24,793 nt of DNA, taken from positions 1-24,793 of IMG/VR virus record IMGVR_UViG_3300005805_000463; one strand, written 5' to 3'. The DNA is from a virus. Lineage: Duplodnaviria > Caudoviricetes. Shown here one piece after another: positions 1 through 6,847 of this stretch (its first letter is position 1; every line of letters starts with the position of its first letter). The position numbers were made by a program, and so were the translations under genes. Under the pieces are notes generated by a model. The model made no database searches. It saw nothing but the letters and a program-made list of their open reading frames with translations, and was not told where the DNA came from.

Positions 1-599
1 TGGCCAGGTCCTTGACCTGCCCCTGGTAAACGTCTTGGTGGTTCGCGAGATGGTTGCGTACGTCCTTGTGGTGTACGTCCTCCACCACCTTTACCACCTT
101 TACCACCTTTGCCGCCCTTACCACCTCGAACAAAATCATCGAGCAGGCTTCCCAGCTTATCAAGTAACGAAGAATCTTTCTGCTGCTGTTTTAAATCACC
201 AACAATCTTTTTGTTTAGTTTGTTTAAATCTTGTTGGTATTTCTTCTGTGCATCTTTGAGGACGTTACGGCGTCTTTCTGCTATCTCTTCAAGTTTCGCT
301 AGATTTTTGTCTGTTTCTTTTTGTAAAGTTACTTCTGCGTTCATTGCTTGTGCAATTAACTGCATATTTTTTGAAATCTGTATAAAACTAGTCTCCATGC
401 TCATTAAAGCTAGTTTTGAAGATTTCATTTGCAGAGTGGCGCTAGATATACTTTCTAGTTGTTTCTCAACTTGTTGCTGCTCTTGTTTTTTTTCTCTGGA
501 AGATCTCATTGCCTGGCCAAATATGCCAGTATTTCTTTCAAAGTAATCGCGCATACCTGTGCGCGCTTCTTGTTGTAGTGTATCACGGAACGTAGCCAT
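1..599 (-). CDS. Partial (runs off the window edge) coiled-coil protein, tape-measure/gp29-like candidate; paralog of 599..1996
   Basis: Not in the ORF track. ATG at 599-597 overlaps the upstream TAA (TAATG). Manual translation MATFRDTLQQEARTGMRDYFERNTGIFGQAMRSSREKKQEQQQVEKQLESIS...LLDDFVRGGKGGKGGKGGKGGGGRTPQ... stays open to the edge and is Q/E/K-rich and helical. Lies downstream of gp26/gp51. Confidence 0.6.
   Translation of the reverse strand, partial: MATFRDTLQQEARTGMRDYFERNTGIFGQAMRSSREKKQEQQQVEKQLESISSATLQMKSSKLALMSMETSFIQISKNMQLIAQAMNAEVTLQKETDKNLAKLEEIAERRRNVLKDAQKKYQQDLNKLNKKIVGDLKQQQKDSSLLDKLGSLLDDFVRGGKGGKGGKGGKGGGGRTPQGRTQPSREPPRRLPGAGQGPG
78..125 (-). repeat. In-frame 9-bp tandem repeat encoding a (GGK)4-GGGG linker
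   Basis: Minus strand reads GGT GGT AAG GGC GGC AAA GGT GGT AAA GGT GGT AAA GGT GGT GGA GGA. Confidence 0.85.
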
Positions 600-1996
600 T
601 AGATCATACCCATCATACTGTCAGCAGGGGCTGCTCTAAAATACACACCAATGTCTAGTGATCCTCTATCAGCAACAGGAGAAGGAAGTGGTGGGCTTTC
701 TTGCCGGCCACCCATGGTTTGATTGTTTTGAACAACAACCTCCGGGGCACCTTCACCTCCACTAGAAGGCATTGCAGGTACAGACATAGAAGAAATAGCT
801 GCACCAGTGGAAGGAACATTTGTTTCAAGTGATGCGGGAACTGTTGCAGATGCTTCTGCTCCTGATAAACCACCAGTTGCTCCTGACACAGCACTAGAAG
901 CAGGTGACATTCCTCCTGAAATATTCACTGGTGATTCGGAAGATTGCCCCCCTCCTGCAGCTGCACCTGAAGCACCTGTAGCTCCTGTCATAGCAGATCC
1001 ACTAATAGATGGCTGTGACGTGGTTACAGCGGGAGCTCCTGCACCACCACCAGGCGCAGGAGACAAACCTCCGTTTGCAGCAGGGTCGGCATTGTCAGGT
1101 GTTGGTGTTAAACCTCCTGCCATTGATTGAGATGTACCGGCACCACCAGACGTTCCACCAACATTTGGCGCACCTGCAGGAATAGCACCAGATAACGCAC
1201 CGGACCCACCTGCGGTCGGTACCAATCCTTGTGATATTCCTCCTGTTGATGTCAAGGGAGCAGGAGAAGACGGTGAGAGACCGCCTAACACCTGTGGTCC
1301 ACCAACCATTTCTCCAACTAGAGATCCTAAATCAGAGGGAGGCGGTTCTTCAAAGTTAGATTGAAGGCTGTCAAATGCTTGCTGCTGTTCTGGTGTCATT
1401 TGCGGACCAGCATCTCGTTGATTGACATCCTGTAACATGTTGTTAACCGCAACGCCTGCAACAGCAACACCCGCTGCTGCAAGACCAGCAGCAATTAAAC
1501 CGACTTTGGTGGTTAATAATGATAATATTCGTCGCATACCACCAACAGATTCAGCAAGTTTACCAAGTAGTCCCTTTTCCGTCACATCTCTTTGATTCAT
1601 TAAATCACTACCATTAGTAGCGCTTGGGAGCGGTGCGATCATTCTTGCTGCTTCGTTCTCAGCTTCCTCGAGTGCTGCTTGTTCCTTAGAGATCCGCTCT
1701 TCTTGTAATCTTTTTGCTTCCTTCATTGAAGTAACACGTTCAGACCACACAGCGGCAATGTTGTAGACATTATCAGCGATATTTGTAACAACGGATTCAA
1801 GTCGTACAATGGTTGCGTTTATCTCTGCTTGTATATTAGTTTGTTCATCGAGTGCTTCTTTAACAGGATTACCACTCTCCTCTTCGCCTACGAAACGTTT
1901 AGTAACAGCACGACCAACCATTCCTGTACCAAGAAATGATGTTACTATTTTCCTTTTTGCTATCTTTTTTAGTTCTGACGAAAAATCTGTTGCCAT
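599..1996 (-). CDS. Tape-measure/baseplate hub gp29-like protein: N-terminal coiled coil, hydrophobic segment, long G/S/A/P low-complexity tail
   Basis: 465-aa ORF coupled by TAATG overlaps at both ends. Helical N-terminus, hydrophobic VGLIAAGLAAAGVAVAGVAV stretch, VVVQNNQT near the C-terminus. Position after gp26/gp51 fits. Function inferred from context only. Confidence 0.5.
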   Translation of the reverse strand: MATDFSSELKKIAKRKIVTSFLGTGMVGRAVTKRFVGEEESGNPVKEALDEQTNIQAEINATIVRLESVVTNIADNVYNIAAVWSERVTSMKEAKRLQEERISKEQAALEEAENEAARMIAPLPSATNGSDLMNQRDVTEKGLLGKLAESVGGMRRILSLLTTKVGLIAAGLAAAGVAVAGVAVNNMLQDVNQRDAGPQMTPEQQQAFDSLQSNFEEPPPSDLGSLVGEMVGGPQVLGGLSPSSPAPLTSTGGISQGLVPTAGGSGALSGAIPAGAPNVGGTSGGAGTSQSMAGGLTPTPDNADPAANGGLSPAPGGGAGAPAVTTSQPSISGSAMTGATGASGAAAGGGQSSESPVNISGGMSPASSAVSGATGGLSGAEASATVPASLETNVPSTGAAISSMSVPAMPSSGGEGAPEVVVQNNQTMGGRQESPPLPSPVADRGSLDIGVYFRAAPADSMMGMI

Positions 1997-2151
1997 TATC
2001 GTTGTTGCACTCGCTGTTGCTCTTCTTTAAGGTATTGTTGAAGCATCTCGACGTACAAATCACGCTCATAGGGGTAAAGGTTTTCTATTTCTGTCAGCGA
2101 ATATTTATGATGCTGAACCATTGCAAACAACAACTGATAATAGTTGGGCAA
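1996..2151 (-). CDS. gp51: gp51-like baseplate hub assembly chaperone (short form); possibly expressed as a -1 frameshift extension of gp26
   Basis: Missed by the ORF track. Frame reads (FFLIGLSHNN)LPNYYQLLFAMVQHHKYSLTEIENLYPYERDLYVEMLQQYLKEEQQRVQQR*. The MxQHHKYSLTEIENxxPxERDxY motif is typical of the short gp51 of T4-like phages. Start is uncertain (TTG 2151, ATG 2121, or frameshift entry at 2181-2175). Stop TAA 1998-1996. Confidence 0.85.
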   Translation of the reverse strand: MPNYYQLLFAMVQHHKYSLTEIENLYPYERDLYVEMLQQYLKEEQQRVQQR

Positions 2152-2181
2152 GTTGTTATGGCTCAGCCCAATGAGAAAAAA
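2129..2181 (-). promoter_or_regulatory. Candidate programmed -1 ribosomal frameshift signal: slippery heptamer U_UUU_UUC and predicted H-type pseudoknot
   Basis: Heptamer at 2181-2175 in correct X_XXY_YYZ phase within gp26 (GAT TTT TTC). Stem 1 UUGGGC (2171-2166) pairs with GCCCAA (2149-2144). Stem 2 AACAACU (2157-2151) pairs with AGUUGUU (2135-2129). The -1 frame is the gp51 frame. Confidence 0.65.
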
Positions 2182-2873
2182 TCAGTCAGCGTCCTTAAAA
2201 CAATCTCCACTTTTTTGTCGTTGGAGTTAACATAAGAAATGGTGTGTTCGATCTTTGGCATTGAGCTAATATGCTGCTGCATTTGTTGATAAACAGGAAC
2301 ACTAAAGCTATCAACAAACTGTTGCAATTCCTCATCTGTACTTTCAGAAAGATCTTGCTCTGCACCATCAACAATGATCTTATCAATACAAGCGCGCATG
2401 ATTAAGAAGTTGAAATCAACGTCATTCTCCACGTTTGTCATCGTGTCAATAATATTAACACGTGGATATCTCAGAGAAAGTGAAATGTTGTCTGTTACTT
2501 TTACCTTCTTTATGCTTTCTTCGGGATACTTCACTTCCACCTGCTCAAGATCAACTTCAACCTCGTAAAGTTTATCATCTTCTCTATCTCTATATGTTAG
2601 CTTGATTACGTTCTGCACTGATTTGGAACGTAGCTTGATAAAGAAGTATTCAAGATCAAATGTTGTAAAGTCATCGACGTTTACATCCTTTGATGTAATA
2701 CAGTTAGCAACAACTTGCTTAACTGCACGGATAACATCTCCTTGCTCGCCGCTTGCTTGTGCAACAAGAAGAATTTTTTCTTCCTTAACAAGGAATGGTC
2801 TAAAGTCGACTTTTTGTTTTGTTGATGGTAGTGTTAAAGTAAACACTGGGTGTTGGATCACTGGTAGTGCCAT
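2163..2873 (-). CDS. gp26: T4-like baseplate hub subunit gp26
   Basis: N-terminus MALPVIQHPVFTLTLPSTKQKVDFRPFLVKEEKILL, internal FDLEYFFIKLRSKSV and C-terminal LxxLxDFF are characteristic. AGGAG RBS at 2884-2880. Confidence 0.92.
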   Translation of the reverse strand: MALPVIQHPVFTLTLPSTKQKVDFRPFLVKEEKILLVAQASGEQGDVIRAVKQVVANCITSKDVNVDDFTTFDLEYFFIKLRSKSVQNVIKLTYRDREDDKLYEVEVDLEQVEVKYPEESIKKVKVTDNISLSLRYPRVNIIDTMTNVENDVDFNFLIMRACIDKIIVDGAEQDLSESTDEELQQFVDSFSVPVYQQMQQHISSMPKIEHTISYVNSNDKKVEIVLRTLTDFFSLG

Positions 2874-2906
2874 GATATACTCCTAGCTGTAAAAATAATT
2901 AAGCAG

Positions 2907-3749
2907 TTAACGCGTCCACGCTCCGCTTACGTTTCGAACTGTTGTTGTAGATGCAAGTGCATCCTGGAGACTTGTTGGTTTTCTCAACGTCTTCAGTGTT
3001 TGAAGCGCTGTTCCAATCTTAACCAACTTCTGTAATGTATTGAGACCCTTGAACCCGTTCTGTGTGCCTTGTACAGCTTCGCTAACGTTTAGAAGTTCAG
3101 CTCTCAAATAGCTAAATGTGACTCCAAACTGCATGTAATTTGATTGATCTTGCCATGATAACGAGATATCGGGTAAATTTTTTGGAAAAGCGTCATATAT
3201 TTTATACTCAAAAATTACTTGGCTTTGTTCATTATATGAATACAAAGTAAGGTCAACGCTGTATTGATCCTTAAACTCAACCTCATAGGGTGATAGGTTA
3301 TTCTTCGACACTGTGTCGACAGTCATTGCTGAGTCACCACGAACAATCTGATGAAGCCATTGATAAAAGAATTTATAAACATATCCTTTACCGTCGCCAA
3401 GGAAGGTTAGTGTTAAGTCGTTTGTTTGTATTGAGTATGGCATGGCTTCCATCGGTCCAACACCAAATGTTTTAATATTATCCGTTTGAATATTAACACC
3501 AGGTAGTTGTGCAGTTTCTGCATATAAGCTGAGTTTCTTTTCAACCCTATCTGTTGTTTGCTCAAGCAGAAGCATGCGTGGTATTGGAATTGTGATATCG
3601 AAAAGGTTGGTACGAGCAATGCCGTTTGAGCGCATCTCGCTCATAAAGCGATTCATTCTGTTATCTGCGTCGGGCTTGTTTCGCCCAGCAAAACTTCTTA
3701 GTACAGCTGCTGTACCTAAAACATTTAAACCTGTGTTGAGTAAACTCAT
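2907..3749 (-). CDS. gp54: Tail tube initiator / baseplate-tube junction protein (gp54-like, gp19 tube fold)
   Basis: ARTNLFDITIP, LYAETAQLPG, DLTLTF..D, FFYQW, YEVEFKDQY, DAFPK..DISLSW and FGVTFSY match the gp19/gp54 tube family. Located between gp2 and gp26. Confidence 0.75.
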   Translation of the reverse strand: MSLLNTGLNVLGTAAVLRSFAGRNKPDADNRMNRFMSEMRSNGIARTNLFDITIPIPRMLLLEQTTDRVEKKLSLYAETAQLPGVNIQTDNIKTFGVGPMEAMPYSIQTNDLTLTFLGDGKGYVYKFFYQWLHQIVRGDSAMTVDTVSKNNLSPYEVEFKDQYSVDLTLYSYNEQSQVIFEYKIYDAFPKNLPDISLSWQDQSNYMQFGVTFSYLRAELLNVSEAVQGTQNGFKGLNTLQKLVKIGTALQTLKTLRKPTSLQDALASTTTVRNVSGAWTR

Positions 3750-4342
3750 TATCGTCGTACCTGGGTTGCTCTACGTGTGTCACGCCACACTTGTCGTTTG
3801 TTATTACCAACAAATCTTTCTAATGGAAGAAATAAAGCTTTCTGCCATTGATCTGCTGGTACCCATAAAAATCGAGACTTAACGTGGTTATTTAGATAGT
3901 GTTTAACACATGGCTCAAAGTAACGAAACTTCGATGATGAATTGAGTAGCTGATAAGACAATCTTAACTTTGTTGTATCGTCGTTTGCAGTATTGTTTGC
4001 AAGGGTGTAAAGTGCGTCCATTAGACGTGCTCTTAACACGTGAGGAAGGTAATGCATGTTTATTCCGTAGAAGCCGCCTGTTACCTTACGAAAGGGGAAT
4101 ATAAGAGGGAATCTATCGTAGTAAGGAAGTTCATCTTTTGTCTTTGGGTCATACATGAACAAGTACATTCTTCCCACGGACAGGTTACTTACAAGGCGCT
4201 CATTGTTCGAAAGAAGATCACGAGGGTTGCGCACCTGACGAACACTTTGTGTTTGCTCACCGAGCCACACACGTGCATTGTCCTGCTCCAGGGTAGCAGA
4301 AGCTGTATTCTTCAATGCATCAGAAAATGGTGCTGTTGCCAT
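3749..4342 (-). CDS. gp2: DNA end protector protein (T4 gp2-like)
   Basis: GRMYLFMYDPKTKDELPYYDRFPLIFP, GFYGINMHYLP, PCVKHYL and ALFLPLERF motifs; adjacent to gp4. Confidence 0.93.
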   Translation of the reverse strand: MATAPFSDALKNTASATLEQDNARVWLGEQTQSVRQVRNPRDLLSNNERLVSNLSVGRMYLFMYDPKTKDELPYYDRFPLIFPFRKVTGGFYGINMHYLPHVLRARLMDALYTLANNTANDDTTKLRLSYQLLNSSSKFRYFEPCVKHYLNNHVKSRFLWVPADQWQKALFLPLERFVGNNKRQVWRDTRRATQVRR

Positions 4343-4782
4343 TATAGTTTAATCCCTAAGTCTCGTTCTGTCATAATCATAAACTTCCATTTACGGTCTT
4401 CGCAGTATGCTCGAGCCGCTTGCCACTTAGCACTGTTTATACCCCAAGTATACACCTCTCTGAGGTATTGTCTAGTTTTTTTTGTTTGTACGGTAGGAGG
4501 TCTTGTTTCTTTTTCAGGTTTAATTTCAACAACAACTACCTCTGTTATCCCTTGGGGATTATTCTTCTTTATTTTGAAATCGGGGAAGTACCTATGTACC
4601 TTTCCGTCTATGGGTGAGCGATATGGTATACAAAACTCTTCACTTGACCACTCCAGCACGTCCTTGTGAGCGTCTAAATACCTCATAAATTTTAATTCCC
4701 AGCTACTACGGTATACAATATTTAGATGATCGCCGTTGTATTTTGCGGGATTAGTAGGTTTGAAAAAGCCTTTGTAACTCAT
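4342..4782 (-). CDS. gp4: Head completion nuclease (T4 gp4-like, TnsA-type PD-(D/E)xK)
   Basis: YKGFFKPTNPAKYNGD, YRSSWE, WSSEE, HRYFPDF, VEIKP and NSAKWQAA motifs. Confidence 0.95.
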   Translation of the reverse strand: MSYKGFFKPTNPAKYNGDHLNIVYRSSWELKFMRYLDAHKDVLEWSSEEFCIPYRSPIDGKVHRYFPDFKIKKNNPQGITEVVVVEIKPEKETRPPTVQTKKTRQYLREVYTWGINSAKWQAARAYCEDRKWKFMIMTERDLGIKL

Positions 4783-4787
4783 AAGGA
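4783..4787 (+). promoter_or_regulatory. Shine-Dalgarno AAGGA for gp48
   Basis: AAGGA lies 8 nt upstream of ATG 4796. Confidence 0.6.
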
Positions 4788-4788
4788 C

Positions 4789-4796
4789 TATTTATA
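4789..4796 (-). promoter_or_regulatory. T4-type (gp55 sigma) late promoter TATAAATA driving the minus-strand operon
   Basis: Plus strand tatttata at 4789-4796 is a perfect TATAAATA on the minus strand, 6 nt upstream of the gp4 ATG (4782). Confidence 0.8.
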
Positions 4797-5983
4797 TGCC
4801 TCTTCCTGGTGTAAATATCGATACAAGTCTGCTAGGACAAAACGGTAACTTTAGTGCCGGTACTGATTTAGGTTCAAAAATTGGTTTTGATTCACTGAAA
4901 AGCACAGCGTCTGCTGGAATTGATAAGCTCACTAATGCAGTGAAGGGGATTTTTGGTGCAAGGCCGACAGGTTTGCAAATTCCTACATCTTTTCCAAGTA
5001 AAAATATGGCGCCATCTTCTGTGCCGCCAGCAGCAAACACGGCACCACCTGAATTCAAAAAACCAAACTCTGTTTTGGGTAGCGCGTTAGTTTATCCCGC
5101 ATATCAAAAGTATTTTACGACATTCACTTTCTATCAGTATATAAGAGCAAATGCTAGCGATGTAGCAAGAAATACACCTACCGTATCAATTGTGCTTCCG
5201 CTTCCGCAAAATATATCAGAACAATTTAATGCATCTTATGATGAGCCTTCGATGGGGACAATAGTTGGTACTTTAAACGATTCAGTACTGAACAGTATTA
5301 GACGTAATCAAGGAGCGGGTGAAAATTTCAACCGCACTGCCAGTGGTACAGCAACTGCTCTTGTGGGAGCGGGACTTTTGAATGCACTTTCTGGAGTGCC
5401 AAAATTCGGTGAAGCAGCTGCCGCGGCTGGAAAATTAGCAGCAGGTGCTACTCCAAATCCATATATTGCTGTTGTCTTCCGAAACATAGAATTAAGAACA
5501 CATCAGTTTCAGTATAGATTCGCTCCAAGAAGTTTACAAGAGTTACAGACCGTTAAACAGATTATCCGTCATTTAAAAACAAGAATGCTCCCTGGAACAA
5601 CAGAGGGGTCGCAGGTTTTATTTACATTCCCAGATACTTGTGAGATATCATATAAGAATGGCGATCAATCATTTGATTATATAAAACTAAAAACTTGTGT
5701 CTTGAAAGATTTGAGTATAAACTACTCACCTAATGGTCCTGCGTTTTTCAAAACAGGTGATCCTGCCATCATTGATATTTCAATGACATTCCGTGAAATA
5801 GCGCCATTTACTCGTATGGATTCGGAAAAAGGTTACAGTTTTGAAAACCGTACCTTTAAACCACCTGCAAAAGCTCTGCCAGGTAAACCTGTAGATGCAC
5901 CGCCAGGTGGACAAAATACAATGGATCATGAAACAGCAGCAGCACAAGCGCTGGGTGAGGGAGTGGGTTCCGTAGCTCAATAA
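4796..5983 (+). CDS. gp48: Baseplate tail tube cap protein (gp48-like)
   Basis: SIVLPLPQNISEQFNASY, NPYIAVVFRNIELRTHQFQYRFAPRS..E, FPDTCEI, CVLKDLSINYSPNG and ISMTFREI motifs; precedes gp53. Confidence 0.9.
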   Translation: MPLPGVNIDTSLLGQNGNFSAGTDLGSKIGFDSLKSTASAGIDKLTNAVKGIFGARPTGLQIPTSFPSKNMAPSSVPPAANTAPPEFKKPNSVLGSALVYPAYQKYFTTFTFYQYIRANASDVARNTPTVSIVLPLPQNISEQFNASYDEPSMGTIVGTLNDSVLNSIRRNQGAGENFNRTASGTATALVGAGLLNALSGVPKFGEAAAAAGKLAAGATPNPYIAVVFRNIELRTHQFQYRFAPRSLQELQTVKQIIRHLKTRMLPGTTEGSQVLFTFPDTCEISYKNGDQSFDYIKLKTCVLKDLSINYSPNGPAFFKTGDPAIIDISMTFREIAPFTRMDSEKGYSFENRTFKPPAKALPGKPVDAPPGGQNTMDHETAAAQALGEGVGSVAQ

Positions 5984-6001
5984 TCTATTTAAAGAATAAC
6001 A

Positions 6002-6847
6002 ATGCCAGGCTTTTTCAACTATTTTCCAACAACATTTCACAGTAACACTGTTGCAACAAATATCATTGCAAAGATGAAATTTGACGCAAGTGTTGCAAAG
6101 AATCTTGCTGTGTTTTATCCATACGTTATTTCTGATGGCGAGAGAGCCGATCAGATTGCTGCAAATTATTATGAGGATCCTTCGTATGATTGGGTTGTGT
6201 ATCTCAGTAATAATATTATTGATCCGTACCATGAGTGGCCAATGGATCAAGCAATACTTGATAACTTTGTCAGCCGTAAGTATGGGTCTATTGCTAACGC
6301 ACAACTTCAAATTGCACACTATCGAGTGAATTATGATACTGATGAGAGAGTTATCTCACCCGCTGCATATCAAGCTCTTTCCAGTGTACAAAAACAATAT
6401 TGGATTCCAATTTTTGGTTACAGCACAACGCCAATCAATTATGAGCGGAAAGAAATGTTAGACGTTGTTGAAACAAATAGAATTGTTTCATTGACAGGGA
6501 CATTTGGATCTTTTTCAGAGAATGACATAATTAAACAATCCAGTGCTGTTATGGGTACTGTCAGTTTTGCAAATAGTACGAATTTGACAATCAAACATGT
6601 ATCCGGTACTTGGCAAGCTAATACAACCGTTTATACAGGATTGTCTAACACAGTAGCAAATGCAACAGTAACATCTGTATCTAACATTTATCAGGCACTT
6701 GAGACTGATGAACTTGCATATTGGACGCCAGTATATCAATATGATCTTGAGCAGTTGAAAAATGAAAACATGAAGCATATCCGTTTGTTGAACAACACAT
6801 ACTTAGATAAAATTGAAACAGATATGAGGGAATTGTTACAGCTATGA
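6002..6847 (+). CDS. gp53: Baseplate wedge protein gp53 (LysM-like) with an inserted beta module
   Basis: FFNYFP, YVISDGERADQIAANYY..PSYDWVVYLSNNIIDPYHEWP and YDLEQLKNENMKHIRLL motifs. Confidence 0.92.
   Translation: MPGFFNYFPTTFHSNTVATNIIAKMKFDASVAKNLAVFYPYVISDGERADQIAANYYEDPSYDWVVYLSNNIIDPYHEWPMDQAILDNFVSRKYGSIANAQLQIAHYRVNYDTDERVISPAAYQALSSVQKQYWIPIFGYSTTPINYERKEMLDVVETNRIVSLTGTFGSFSENDIIKQSSAVMGTVSFANSTNLTIKHVSGTWQANTTVYTGLSNTVANATVTSVSNIYQALETDELAYWTPVYQYDLEQLKNENMKHIRLLNNTYLDKIETDMRELLQL

Noticed and set aside
35-2886. Alternative ORFs such as 35..259, 109..546, 655..894, 807..1130, 1809..2030, 1936..2235, 2374..2568 and 2602..2886
   Set aside because: They are antisense or off-frame shadows of well-supported minus-strand genes, with no recognisable motifs.
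4040-4669. 209-aa plus-strand ORF antisense to gp2/gp4
   Set aside because: It fully overlaps two highly conserved genes on the opposite strand, has atypical composition and shows no family motif.
4342-4782. TnsA-like nuclease as a sign of a Tn7-type transposon or homing endonuclease
   Set aside because: Motifs and position next to gp2 identify it as the core head completion protein gp4; no transposon genes or ends are visible.
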